NCBI GenBank assembly: GCA_013265495.1
Contig: MU061049.1
Span: forward strand, 1,673,596 to 1,737,595
Length of the DNA: 64,000 nucleotides
Direction of reading: 5' to 3'
From: Vicugna vicugna
Taxonomy: Eukaryota
In this document: positions 11,297 to 58,259 of the stretch, one piece after another
Position numbering within the stretch: position 1 is the stretch's first letter
How the letters are laid out: every line of letters begins with the position of its first letter
Notes under the pieces: generated by a model
Told to the model about the DNA's origin: nothing
Seen by the model: the letters and a program-made list of their open reading frames with translations, nothing else
Database searches by the model: none
Position numbers and translations under genes: made by a program

Positions 11297-11766
11297 TGTG
11301 AACGAAAAGCTGCCTGCCATGTCAGTAAACAAAGGACACTGTGGCCATCAGGTCATCACCCATGACCACAGCCCTGGTGAGCCAAGGGAACTCAGGAGGG
11401 AGACAAGCGGGCAGCCCGGCCTCTGCAGCCACCCCCAGCGGTGCCCCCGCGGGGACTCAGGATGAACAGCGAGGTGCACGTCAAAGGGACAATTTCTACG
11501 AGCCCAGACTTCGCACTTCCCCACACAGAAAAGTGCTAAATCCCTTGACGTGAGAGGTCTGGTTTTCTTCAGTTAACAGTCATTTTTTGCTGTTCCAACT
11601 ACCCGGTCTTTGCTGCAAAAGCTCCTATATCCTGGCTTCTACCTTGCCGCTTCGGGGCCGTCCCTCAGAGCTCCGGGAGGCCGCATCCCAGCCCGCGTGC
11701 TCAGGAGGGTGCCATGAATAAAACACACGTCTCCGACTTTAAGACGCCCCCTTTTTTCAGCGGACA
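11297..11766 (+). mobile_element. Solo ERV1 LTR directly upstream of the CFAP410 promoter
   Basis: tgtgaacg...tttttcagcggaca; near-TSD ctgc/ccgc; tcagtaaacaaagga; ctcctatatcctggct; AATAAA at 11717-11722. Confidence 0.75.
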
Positions 11767-11989
11767 CCGCCCAAGTAACCTCTGACTTCTAAAATGTTCC
11801 AGGACTCGTGAGGTCTCTCGGGGCTGGCCCGCACTTTGGCCCCCGCCTCCTTGCCTGAATGCTGAGGGGCAGGGGGTCAACACAGCCCTAGGACTGCCCT
11901 GGCTGTCTCCTCTCGATGCTTTACATCTCTGTAATTCAGGGCAGTTTAGAGACCACCGTTTCCAACGCTCGGGGCTGGGGCAGTCGCAG

Positions 11990-20798
<8,809 letters not shown>

Positions 20799-21078
20799 CT
20801 CTGGGCGGCGCCTCGAGCTGCCAGTTCCTCCTCCCGGGACCGTGTGCTGAAGGCCAGCATCTTCCCAAGCACCTGGGGGTTGGAGACACAGCCGCGGCCT
20901 CGCCCCAGCACACAGGGCTGCGTCCTCAGGCAGCAGAGCTCTCGCTGTGGACGGGCGCCCGGCGGGGGCCACTGGGAAGGCAGGTGCCGGTGGGCGGACC
21001 GGCCCCTGTGCCCTCCTGGGCGGCAGGGCCCACCTTGCCATGGCCTCCCTGAAGGGGGACTTGGCGGCCACTCTCCGT

Positions 21079-21084
21079 AATAAA
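21079..21084 (+). terminator. CFAP410 polyadenylation signal AATAAA
   Basis: First AATAAA about 280 nt after the stop, followed by tgttttt. Confidence 0.7.
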
Positions 21085-24000
21085 TGTTTTTCCAAAGTCT
21101 GATCTGGAAGCAGACGTTTCCCAAATGCCAGGCGGGGCCTGGACGTTCCTGGTAAAGGGGAGAGCCGTCGCTCACACGTGTTTTCTGTGTCAGTTCTCTG
21201 GCTCGGCCACGGGATGGATGTCTGTGGGCTGTGGGAGACTCCCAAAACAACGTCAGCCTTAGGGACAGGCTGCCTGCCACCTCTGGGGGCGTTCTGTCTC
21301 CCTTTTTGGGAGCCCAGCATGACGCAGAGGGTCTGCGCTGCCCCTGTGTGAGAAGGTTCAGACGGACAGGCCGAGCTTCTGCCTGGGGACCCAGGTGTGG
21401 CCGCGGGAGAAGCAGCTGCATGGGAAAGGACAGCCTTCCAGAGACTGTCCCACGTTTCTTCCTTTAGGAAGAGTCGCAGCCTCGCCGTGGTGCCCAGGAT
21501 GTGGGCGGTGACCCCCCGTGCCCCGGCGGAAGGGGAGGAGGGTGACCTGCGAGCCGCTAGGGGAGGGCCGCTCCTGCTGGGTTGGACGGCGGGGCCTGTG
21601 GCAGAGCGGGCGTCTCTCCACCCCCTCGCCCTGCCGTCGGGGAGCGTCTGTGTCCGGCAAGGGCATGTCAGGTGTGTGAGGGCTGCACAGACCCAAGGGG
21701 GACCAGCCACAGCGTGCTGGGGAGCCAGGGCCGGAGGCGCCTGGGAGCCCACCAGCGGCTGGGTGGAGAAGCACTCCTCCCGGGGCAGCCGTCACGAGGC
21801 CGAAGGCAGTCGCACAGCGGCCTCGTGGGAACCCCGGGGAAGGCAGTGCGCCGCCTGTGGGGCCCTTCAAGGTCTCAGGGCAGGGGCAAGCTCCCACGGC
21901 AGGAAGAGGGGACGCGCCACTCGGGGCACCTTTGACGAGCGGCCACCGGCCCCGTGCACAGGCCTTCGCCTGTAACTGTGGGATCCAGACGCTCTCAGTA
22001 AAGCCCGTCTTGCTGCGAACAAGTCGGGTGTGGTGATGTTGCATCAACACCCTCCCTCTCCCCACCCACTGGGCACAGCTCACATCCACCTCCCCGCTGC
22101 CCCACGACCTGGGGCACCTCCATCCGGGACCCTTGAACTGGACCCCTGATGGGGTGACCTGCCCGCCTCAGCCCCTTGCCTCCACCCCACCCCCCGCCTT
22201 CACTGCTCCCTCCCCATAGTCTCCAGCCACCTTGCCGGTTCCGCTCCCAGCCGCCTGCTCTCCCGGTGCCCCTTTGAAGCCCTCAGGCTGTACGAGAACA
22301 GTACGCCCACCCCTGGCCCGGATCCCCGGGCCTCCAGTCTTTAACAGGGTCGCGTCGCAATCCCCGCTCTGACCGTCCCCCCAGGTAACCCTGGAGGCGG
22401 GGTTCCCCAGCAGAGTGGGCGCTGGCAGTACACCCGTGTGTGTGTCCTCTTGGCCTGAGACCCAGGGCACGTCGCTCAGCTGAAATGCTGGTCGGTGCAG
22501 CCAGAGGCGAGCCAGAAGCGTCCTGTCCTCCCTACGAAGCTGCTGCCTAGGAACAAGGGTGTCGCTCTGTCTCAGGCCACACCAGTGGGTCACCCGGGCC
22601 AGCAGCCAGTGTGCTGCCCTGCAGGATCCAGCACTCTTCTGGTCCTGACTTGACGTGGGGCACTGAGTGGGCCAGGCCACAGCATGGCCACAGCCAGGAG
22701 GTGGGAGGTGGCCTCTGTCCCCTCACTGGAGCCTCCCACGTGCCCAACTGCTAGGTGGGTGGGGACCCCAACCCTGAGCCACAGACCCTCCTCCCTCTGC
22801 CCCGACCCCCAGGTCAGGAGGTGAGCTCCGAGCCCGGGGAGAGGCACAGCGCAGTGCCCTCTGGGTTGACTTTCAGGGGAAGGAGCTTTCTGGTGGGGGG
22901 AGGCGCTTGCTCATCTCTTCCCCGTGCCCAGGGCCGCCCTGTTTGCAGGAAGACACGGGAACTTCTCTCTGATGGTCACCCCTGGGGAAACATTCGTGGG
23001 GGGCCCCGTCCCCAGAGGGGGCTGTGGTGTGCTCACAGGCTCCCCATGGGGGTTCTTGAATCAAATCACTTGGGAAATTAGAGAAGAAACAAGGAATCTT
23101 TGCAGCCAGGTTTCTCTGAAGACAGTGGTTCTCCAGAACTCTGAGTGGACCCGGGATTCACTGTCTTCCTGGGGAGCCTGCAGTTCCAAAGGCCCCGCAG
23201 GGGTGTGGGAACACAGGGTACACTGAGCAGGATGCCACTGTGGCCATCACCCAGCCCAGCTAGGAGTGGACACTCACGGTGGCCTCACTGAGTGAGATGC
23301 GGGCCACGCGTTCACCCTCCCAGCAAAGGAACTGGTTTGCTGGCCTGTGCGGCCAGCATGAGGGTCAGGCCTGCGTGCACCCCTGTGCCCCTGTGGCCCG
23401 CCCAGCCAGCCGGGACGGCGGGCACACAGGACCCTGCGCTCGGTCTAGCCCTGCTGTCCCTGTCCTGAGTTCATCCTTGTTCAACAAGGGTCCTGGTCTC
23501 TGGGAAGTCGGCATCCTTCTCCTCCTGCGGGGCTGTCACTTTTTGTGTTAGGAGGAAATATCCTTTCTACGTAAAGGGCAAAGCTGCCAGTCAGAGCATC
23601 ACAGGAGGGAGGGGGGCGGCCACAGCTTCCCCCACGCCGTCCACAGGGACTGGCAGGCAAGGCAGAGTCGGAAAACAAACCTGTGACTCCCAGCCTGGCC
23701 AGGGGTGCAGTGTGTGTCAGCCTTCCCTCAGAATGTCAACAGGTAGGAAAGCTGAAACATTGTCACTGCACTGCCCCCATGCGGCCGATGGGTGAGGCTG
23801 CAAAGTGAGCACCCCAACACGTGAGCTCCCCTCACTGGACCATCCGACTGAGACAAACGTGCTGCGTGAGGCTTTGATGTCCCCTGGCTGGGCTGTCGGG
23901 GGGCTGGGACCGTGTCTGAGGGGCTCCCCCCCACCGCATTTAGGCCCTCAGGGGTGGGCCCCCACCCCGCAATCGTGCTGTGCGTGCACCTGTGTGCCGG

Positions 24001-24789
24001 AGCCTCTGGGGCAGCCTTCTAGAAATGCTCTCCAGCACCCGCCGAGCCCCGCCGCCAGCAGAAGTACAGGAAAGGGCTCCAATTAAACTGACCGCGCACG
24101 TGTCTGCTTGGGTGGGTGCTGCTCAGGGTTCCATCACCCCCATAAGACGACTCCTGGGCGGCGTTCCCTGGAAAGCTCACAGAAATAGCAGTGTTTTCCG
24201 GGGCCTGAAATTGCAGCCTTCGCGTGGTGAGACAGAACGCGAGGACTGAGACGGAAAACTGACGCATCTGTGGTCGGCCTGCCCTGGCTGCATCCCTAGT
24301 GGACACCAGGCTTGGAGCGGGCCCTAGGGCTCGCCCTCCCGCACACGGGGGATGGTGGCTTCAGGGGAGCTTCCCGTCAGGGCCACCCTGGACTTCAAGC
24401 GGTCATCAGGGTTGAGAGGGGCTCTGGGTTCAGGTCTTCCTGCTCCTCCCAGCCAGGTGACCCCAGCCCAGCAGGACTGAATGGGGGCTGTAGGAACCGT
24501 GGGGTTTGGGCTGCTTCCCAGGGCAGGTGGGATCATTGCCTCTGCTCTCTCGACCACGTATACACCTGGCCAACTCTGCAGTGCCCAGCAGACCCCACTC
24601 GGCCCCTCCCAGGGTGCTGCCCTGGCCTCAGGCAGCCGGGGAGTGATGCCCAATTCCTGGGCTGGCAGCTCCCCTCCTTCCCCAGCCATGTCCCCTGAGC
24701 TGCGCCCTTGGCCTCACACCCCACCCCAACCCTGTTCTGAGAAACTGCTGGGCACATGCTTTCCTGCAAGTGAGGCTCAGGCTTGTTGT

Positions 24790-25170
24790 CTGTGGGGGGC
24801 GGGATCCCAGGTAGCCCCAAGGTCCTGGACCCCTGGTGTGTACACCCTACATGAACCCCACCTTGATTGGGAGAAGGCAGTCTGTGAATATGAGGGACAT
24901 GCTGCCTTCTATGGCCAAGGTGAAGGGGTTTCACAGATGTAGTTAAGGCCCCTAATCAGCTCACTGAGTTAACAAAAAGGAGTGTCATGGTGGGCCTGCC
25001 CTAATCAGGTGACCCTAGCCCTCCCTGATAGACCTCACAGGATCAGGGCTGAGGCGGCTGGAGGCTCCCCTCCCCGGGCTCAGAGACCTTGCTGCCGTCA
25101 GAATTCTGCCAACAGGAGCTCAGAAGAGCTGAAGTCCAGGTGGGACCACACCCTTCATTTGGGGAGCCCA
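24790..25170 (+). mobile_element. MLT1 (ERVL-MaLR) LTR fragment
   Basis: ctgtgaatatg...cagatgtagttaaggcccctaatcagctcactgagttaacaaaaagg...ggtgggcctgccctaatcaggtgaccct. Confidence 0.65.
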
Positions 25171-25717
25171 GGGGCCGGCTGAGAGGAGGAAGCAGTGACA
25201 AAGGAGCTGAGCAAGGGTTGGGCCCTGACACCCAGGCCCTCCTGCAGCTGCCACAGCCTCCGCCTTGGCCTTCTTGCTGCAGGATGGGCGGCTGCTGACA
25301 CCCTTCCGCCACGTCCCTCTTTCCAGCCCGGAAGGCAGCCTCCTGTGTGCCCAGTGTGGGCACGCCCCGAGGAGGGCTGCGTGGCCCCAGGAAGGTGGCA
25401 GCAGGCCTGGGAGGACATGCCCTCGCTGGCAGAGGCCAGCGAGGGGCTGGGGCCTGCACTGTTTACCACATCTCCAAACACGGCACACTTAAGCAAATCC
25501 AGTCCAAAACCCCTGGAAATTTAGCTCTGCCACCCCATTCCCCAGGCTGGGCATTGGGTGCCCTGGGAGGGCCTCACCCCAGCACTGCAGGGGGCCTGGG
25601 GTACTGGGAAGCACCTGGGCCGGCATGGCATCCCGGCTGGACGTGGATGCGTGGTGAGGACAGGACACGGCTGTACATGAGACAGGGTCCCTGCCGCCCA
25701 AGCTCAGCCTCCTAGCC

Positions 25718-25835
25718 CACATGAGTGCACATACACGTGCAGTATACACACACGTGCACACATAGGCACATGGGCACACAAGTGCACAGGCATGCTCACA
25801 CAAGCACACGCACGTTCACTCACAGGCACACACCC
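25718..25835. repeat. Degenerate CA-rich simple repeat
   Basis: cacatacacgtgcagtatacacacacgtgcacacataggcac... Confidence 0.7.
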
Positions 25836-26806
25836 AGGTTTCTGGGCCCTGGGAACTGGCCTCTAGTCTCTCCAGAGGCTCCGCCTCTTGGGGCTCCCTT
25901 CTTGGGGGACTGTCCCTCCTCGGCCTGCCCCAGGACCCCCGCATGCTCATAGCAGGCAGTGAGACCACAGGGGCCCGGCTCCAGAAATGGGCACCCAGGG
26001 CCCCCCAAGCTCTCAGCAACACGGTGAGGCTGGCGTGCCCCCAGCGCAGGATCCGCCCCGCCAGGCCTGCCGCCCCCTGGAGTGGCTAAGCTCCCTGCCA
26101 GGGTCTGTGGGGACAAGTGGGCAGCCCGAAACGGAGGGAGCCTCCCGGCCAGCCTAGGCCCCACCAGGACACTCCCTCTCAGGGACCTTCAACTGGCCCC
26201 ATGGATCCTAGAACCTATCCTGACCCCCGCAGCCCCGAGGGCAGGAATGCAGGCCAGGGCAGCCCTGGACTAAGCGCCTAGGTCCCCGGCGGGAACAGAC
26301 GTGGACGTGCAGCCAGCTCTGGGTGACAGGGACCTGCCAGGCGTGGACCACGGGGCTGACATCCAGCTTGTCCTCCAGGGGCCCGGGTGTGGCCCCCATG
26401 CTGCCCCAGCCTGGGAACTTCCAAGGGACCAGCCCACAGCCCACAGAGGTGACAAGTTTCTGGCTGCCTCCCCTCCCCTCAACCACCCACAGTGTCTCCT
26501 GGGACGGTCGCTCCCATTAGCCACCTGCCCCAAGACGCCAGCCCAGGCTGTCTGGGGTAACGAGCTGTGTCGGACTCCAGGCCTGGGAGCCAGCCTCAGA
26601 AAGCCTCCCGAGCTGGAGGGAAGACAGGCCTGTCACCCCTCAGGACAGGGCAAGGGGGCTCAGGTCACCACGTGGCCAGGGCGGGGCTGCTGGCCCTAGG
26701 AGGGGAGTGTGGCCCCAGACCTGTGTGTGTAGGGTGGGGGCTACCAACCAGCAAGGTTCCGCAGGCCCTGCTCCCAAGTCTGCGAGCACCCCACAGTCGG
26801 GGTCAT

Positions 26807-26812
26807 TTTATT
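26807..26812 (-). terminator. PFKL polyadenylation signal AATAAA
   Basis: tttatt on plus, about 375 nt past the stop, in an AT-rich patch within GC-rich DNA. Confidence 0.75.
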
Positions 26813-27187
26813 TCTAGAAAAAGTGACAAGCTCTGCTTAGCCAGTACACCCAGGAGCAGGATCGCAGTGGGGCCCACGGGGCACGACCCCCTTCCCACGT
26901 GCACAGAGCCTCCAGCAGCAGCCCCCTCAGGGCTGGTGAGGGCACGGACCACGTGGGAGCCTGAGGCACAGGGGCAGCAGTGTCCACAGGCGCCCCCACG
27001 TGCCCCTGGACTGGAAGCGGGTGCCCGGAGTCCTCTGTCCTGGGGGAGAGCTGAGGGGCAGCAGGATGGGACTGGAGCCGTGAGAGCCCGGAGCCAGGCC
27101 TGCACGCCGCCCGCCGGCCCCCCACCTGCCTGCCCGCAGGCCCAGGGAAGGAGGGAGTTGGGAGGCGGACGCAGGTGTGGATGCACT

Positions 27188-52560
<25,373 letters not shown>

Positions 52561-54619
52561 GGCGGCGCCGACTCGGCCGCGCTCGCTCTGCCGCCCCGAG
52601 CCGCCGCTGTCGCCGGTCCCGCCCCGCGCCCTGCGCTCCGCCCCGGCGCCGGGTGAGGTCACCGCTGGCCAGGAGGGCGGGGCGCGGGGCGGGGCGCGGG
52701 GTGGGGCCGGCGCGCCCGCGTGGCTGTCCCGGGGTCCGGGGCGCGCACCCACCACCTGGCCGTCCGCGGCGGCCGCACCTGGGCCTCGGGCCCACTGCGC
52801 CAGCATTTTAGTTCAAGTTTCTAGACCTGTTCGGTCTGATCCAGGACCGCGTTCGTGGAGCGTGCGCAGCCCAGCCGTCCAGGTCTGCTCGTCACAACCG
52901 GCGGCAGAGCCAGTCGAGTGTCAACCAGACCGGAGGGACGGCCCGGGGAGGGGGCCGGACGCGACCCTTTGCGCACCGCCGCCTGCCCCGCGTCTCGCAG
53001 GAATTTGTCATTCTAGGCGCCGGTCTATTTTAACTTTGTTCTTTGCTGGAGCCACAGGAGCCCTACCTCAGGGCCCCCCAGCCACCGCCCTCAAGCTTTA
53101 ACCGAGGGCCGACGGAGAGCGGTGGACGATTAAGATGCGAAAGGAATTAAAAGGAAGCCCTGCCAGGCTTCGTTCTTTCATTTATACGTTACTGCAGTAA
53201 GTACTTGCTGGACCCGTGGAAAACGTGCACACGGGGCAGCGAGGTGGGTGGGGACCTGGGTCCGGACAGTGTGGGCTCTACGTCGGATGGTCAGCGGATC
53301 AGTCACTCGGAGGGTTGGAGCCCCCCCGCCCCGATCCAGGCCCTCTAGCAGGGGGTGGGGGGGACACCCAGCCCGTCACCAGAACAGACTTGACCCCAGC
53401 CCTCAGAAAGCCTGGTCGCCAAACTGGGGTTTCCAAGGAAAGGCCTCTATCCTGGGCTAGCAGTGGGCAGGTCCCAGGAGCCCCAGTAGGGGGCTGGGGG
53501 GAGGGGTAACATTCTGTTTCCTGAGCTGAGTGCTGAGCCAGGTGTTTGCTTTGTGAAAATTCAGCGAGCTGATCGCCTGTGATTTGTGTGGTTTTCTTTG
53601 TATTTATGCTTTAATACAAAGTTTACTGAAAATATTCCATTGTTGGGGACGGGGAAGTGGGGGGGTGTTAGTCAACGGAGGGAAGTGTCAGTTCTGCAGA
53701 ATGAGTGCGTCCCCGAGCTCAGTGTCCAGCCCAGTGCCTGCTTAATGATTCTGTCGTGTACACTTAAAACCTGGCCAAGAGGGTAGGCCTTATGGTAAGT
53801 GTTCTTGTCACAAATAACAACAGAAACAATGACAATAACAAATAATAAAGAGCACAGGAGCCATTTTTTAAATTGTCTTTTTTTAAAAATTCCAAGAAAC
53901 TGCATGAAATAATCATAAATAGTGGAGGAGTGGGACTGGTAAGGGGGGCAGAAAGGGTCCAGGAGATGGTGAGTGTGAGCATAGCCCGCTCTTCTCTGTA
54001 AGGAGACTTCAGCGAGAACTTGACAAGCACTACATCCGGATAAAGAGCGTGGATGAGACACCACTGTGGGGCAGAGGTCCTGGAGAAGTGGCAGGGTCTC
54101 CGGGCCACAGTCTGGCCCGTTTCCCTGGGAGCTGACAGTACCAGGTACCTACTGCTGTGGGACCAAGTTCCCCAAGACTTACAGGCCGGCAACCACGACA
54201 GACATTTATTATCTCAGAGCCTCTGAGGGCCAGGGCTGTGGGAGTGGCTCTGGACCTCAGGAGGCTGCATCATCGGAAGGCCCCCTGGGGCTGGACCGGT
54301 TGCTTCCTAGATGGCCCTCAGGTGGCCGGTGGCAGGAGGCCTCAGTTGCTCTCCACATGGGCCTTGCCACAAGACTGCTTGAGTGACCTTACAATGTGGA
54401 GGCCGGCTTCCCCGAAGCGAGCTATCCAAAGGGAAGCCACAGCGCTTTTTACGACCTACTCTCGGGGCCATGCCCAGCACTTCCAGCACGTTCTTTTTTT
54501 CCTGGTAGAGCCGTTTTTACTTGATATTAATCAGCACAAAGAAGAAAAAGAGATTACAAGTCTGAAAATTGGAAAGGAGGATTTATGTTATATACTAGCC
54601 TCTTTTTTTTCTTGCTAAG

Positions 54620-54770
54620 AATGTTTTTAAGCTCTTTATTCTGGTGTGGTTCCTCCACAGTAAACTCCACATATTTCAGATGTACAATTGGATGAATTTT
54701 GATAGATGTCCACACCCATGAAACCACGACCACAATCAAGATAGCGAATGTTTCCATCACTCCCCAAGAG
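54620..54770 (-). mobile_element. L1 3' end fragment (L1MB/MC-like)
   Basis: gtacaattggatgaattttgatagatgtccacacccatgaaaccacgaccacaatcaagatagcgaatgtttccatcactcccc. Confidence 0.7.
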
Positions 54771-54809
54771 CTGCAAATTTCAAATTCCTGATTTATCCCT
54801 TCCCACTCC

Positions 54810-54930
54810 AGCACATTATTTAGAAGCAAGTTACTAAGTTCAGCCCATGTTCAAGGGGAGAGGAATAAGTCTCCACCTCTTGGAAAGATGAGTATCAAAG
54901 AATGTGTTGACATGTTTTAAAACCACCACA
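54810..54930 (+). mobile_element. MLT1 LTR 3' fragment
   Basis: aagcaagttactaagttcagcccatgttcaaggggagagg...ctccacctcttg...ttttaaaaccaccaca. Confidence 0.7.
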
Positions 54931-55129
54931 GGCCCTCTGGGGAGGGCATGGGTGATGCCTGCCCGAGTCCTGAGAACACGCTGGGTCAGCAGGGCAGCGG
55001 TGCGGGCAGGTCCCAGGTGTTAGGCGGGCATATGGTGGGGAGAGGGCTGGTCTGTCTTCCCTGCTGCTAAGCAAACCCAGGATGCCCTCTGGCTCTCAGG
55101 AGGAGATCAAATGCCCAACATCTCTGCCC

Positions 55130-55520
55130 AGAAAATGTCTCATGCTTTCTGACATCAACTATGTGTGGTTTCTCCCCACACCAACCAATTCTCTGACACC
55201 AACTCGTTGTCCGGTGATTGAATTCAATTCTGACACTAATTCCCTGGCCAGTCAGCAGAGATCCCACAGGTTAAGGGCTCGGTCCCCCAAGACCGGCCCC
55301 ACTTCAGAGGCCATTTGCAAGTGACAGGTCCCCAGGTCACCCACACTTCCTTGGGTTTGATAACTTGCTAGAACGGCTCCCAGAACGCAGGGAAGCAGCT
55401 GACCTACAAAGGGTACAAGTGAACAGCAGGTGCCGAGGTTGGTGCGGCACGAGGAGGGCCGTGTCCCGGGCCTCAGCTGAGTCCCGGGACACGCCCGGCA
55501 AGGTGTGGGTCCTCGGCTTC
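55130..55520 (-). mobile_element. MER21-like LTR
   Basis: ctccccacaccaaccaattctctgacaccaac...aattcaattctgacact...gatcccacaggttaagggctcggtcccccaagac. Confidence 0.8.
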
Positions 55521-55799
55521 GCGCAGGAAAGGATTCAGGGGTGACCCAGGCCGGTTGGAGCTGGAGCATTAGTGGGTACAGCTCTGAAAGTGAACTGCAC
55601 GCTCAGTGCCTCAGGAACATTTTGGGAGCTAATCCCACAGACTGGGCTGTTCTCCGGACAATAAGAAGGATAAACACGAGCCCAGGGGGTGACAAGACAG
55701 GTGTATGTTGCAGTGATACATGGTAGAGTCCGTGCGGGTCAGTGAGGCCTTTGCCAGCCTCCAGTGGATGAAAAGCGTGAGGTTGGTGTTATTGGTTGG

Positions 55800-56230
55800 C
55801 CAAATCCTGTTCCTGCTCAGGAACAAGGTATTCACAACACTTGCTGCCATGGTAAGGAACTTTATTCAAGGGGGACCACGGCGATGAGGTTTGCAGTGGG
55901 GGCAAGGAGTCCGGCTCAATTCTGACCACAACAGCGAAAGCAGGGATTTATGGCCAAAGAGCAAGAGGGAGCCGGTGGACGGAAACTACTAAATGCAAAC
56001 AGCGAGGCTAGGGGATCCTGGGACTCCTCTGGAGGGCGGGCCGGGGGCCCGGCTAGCCAGGTGGAGGTGAGAAACTGATCAGCTACGGAGAGTGGGCGGG
56101 TTCCAAGGCCGGGGGCTTCCCCTAAACTGACTTGGCAGGATTTTGGCTAAAACTGACTAAAAACCAAGGGCAGAGGCCAAGGTCAGGCAGACTCAGAGGA
56201 GGCTGACTTGAGTGTGGTCAAGGAGAGAGT
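55800..56230 (-). mobile_element. ERV1 LTR (MER31/67-like)
   Basis: ggaactttattcaag...ggctcaattctga...cttcccctaaactgacttggcaggattttggctaaaactg...aggccaaggtc. Confidence 0.6.
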
Positions 56231-56264
56231 CGGTGTCTCCACCCCCGCAAGATTCACACTTGAA

Positions 56265-56550
56265 GCCCTAGCTGGAGAAGGTCTCACAGAGGTGATTAAG
56301 GTAAGTGGGGATTTTAGGGTGAGCACTGGTGCCCCTATGAGAAGAGATTAGGACACAGACATGCACAGAGGGACGACCATGTGGGGACACAGGAGAAGAC
56401 GGCCATCTGCACACCCAGGAGAGAGGCCTCCAAAGAAACAGCCCTGCGGCACCTGGGCCTCGGGCTTCAGCCTCCAGGACTAGGAGAAGATGTGTCTGTC
56501 CTTTGAGCCGCCTGATCTGTGGCGCTTTGTCACAGCGCCCAGGAAACAAA
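56265..56550 (+). mobile_element. MLT1A/B/C-like LTR
   Basis: agaagagattaggacacagac...agagggacgaccatgtggggacacaggagaagacggccatctgc...ttcagcctccaggact...tttgtcacagc. Confidence 0.8.
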
Positions 56551-58259
56551 TCCGGTGGGTTCTGCGTGCTTTGCAGACGGGATGTACAAATGTAACCCTT
56601 GGCTGATGCCCTTGCTAGGCGAACAAATGCTTCAGGGTGTTACGTAGCCAGACGTTGATCTGGTGCTGGACCAGCAAGACCAACTTCTAACCCCACAGAA
56701 AGACGGACAGGAGCAGCTGATGGACGGTCAGCTCCCGAGAAGCAAAGAGAAGCCCAGGGGCTGCAGGACAGCAGGTCCATCACCCACTGTGCTTAGAGCA
56801 CAGGATGAACTCAGTGCCGACAAGCTCAGGCTGCGGCAGGTAGTGAAGGACCCAGGATGCAGGCACACGGCCCCTCCCCAGCCTCCTCCATCCCTCCACG
56901 CACACCACAGACCACGGACGGGAATCAGGACTGCTCCTGAGTGACGTTTCCTGAATGTGAGGAGTGACACGGGGTGCACTGGAAGCCACTGGGCCACCAG
57001 TGGGAGCACTGAGCCCCAGGGGAGGGCCTCTGTGGGAGGGCCTCTGTCTGTAGAGGGGTTCTGATGAGGCGGGGGTCTCCAGATCCCCGGGAACCCAAGG
57101 CGAGACCCAGTGGTGCCAAGGCTGCAGTGGCTGAGAGCAGGCCCTGGACAACGATGGGCAGGGTGTCTGTGACATCTGAGTTCACCTGGGCCAGCTCCCC
57201 AACAAATCTCCCACCACTGCCATGGTCCCCACCATGTCACCGCCACTATGTCACCCCTTAGGTCACCCTCCACCACGTTTCCCCCACCGGCTTCTGCAAA
57301 TTTCATCCAGTCCTGCGTCATCCTATGGGGGGGGCGGGGCTGAGACAGCAGCCAGGATCCGTGGGGAAGAGACGGCTCCCCGCTGTGAGTCAGCGGGCAT
57401 CCGTCCCCTGACTCCTGCTCCATCACCCCCCACCCCGCCCCAGCGGCCCCAGCTTGGGGTGCTCCTTCCCAATCCTTGTCTCTGGTCTCCCCACCTTTGG
57501 ATCCTTCCTTATCCACAAACACAATCCAGCCTCCAAGCTGGGCCGCTCTGCACGCATCCATGCTTGCTGCGTCCCTCCTGGCACTGCTGTCCACTGCCAT
57601 CTGTCCCCCTGCTGCCCGCCTGGCCCAGCCGGGCATGGGAGAGCTGCCTGCTCGCTCATGTGACAGGCATGTCCTCATCAGTGGGTCCCTGTCTGAACAA
57701 ACGCTAGACCTGGTGGCCTGAGGCACTTACGCCCCACCGGAGGGCGTTGGTCAGCCCCTCCCAAGGGGCTGCCTCACATGTGCTGAGCACAGAGGGTCTC
57801 CAGAGGGGCTGAACGAGCCAGTAAAGCCTGGGAACCTGAGGGCTCTGAGTCCCGAGCTGGGGCCCCCACACAGCGGGGCCAGTGGCCACTCCCCACCCTC
57901 CCCAGGGCTCCGACCCCACCCGGCAGGGCGTTCTACCATGGGGTCCCTGCAGGTGGGGGGCTACGACAGCCCAGCCATCTCTCCACCAACACTGACCCAG
58001 CAGCTGGACCAGGCCCTGGGAGCTCAGCCAAGGACTGGACAGGGCGCCAGGCCCCCTGGTGGCCGTTCTCAGGGGGACAGACACTGTGAGGAAAGAACTC
58101 AGTTCTGATGGGCTGTCTCCCGTGGCGGGCAGAGAAGGATAAGCACAGGGCCGTCCACGGCCAGCCCCCGTGCCCCCGTCACCTGACCCCATCCTGTTTC
58201 CTGTTTTTGTCTGTGGACACCCTCCTTTGGTGAGTGATCTGTCACTGGAATGTCCTTCT

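Noticed and set aside
56728-57726. 332-aa minus-strand ORF between AIRE and PFKL
   Set aside because: No recognisable homology, W/G/P-rich composition, adjacent to LTR debris, no clear splice structure.
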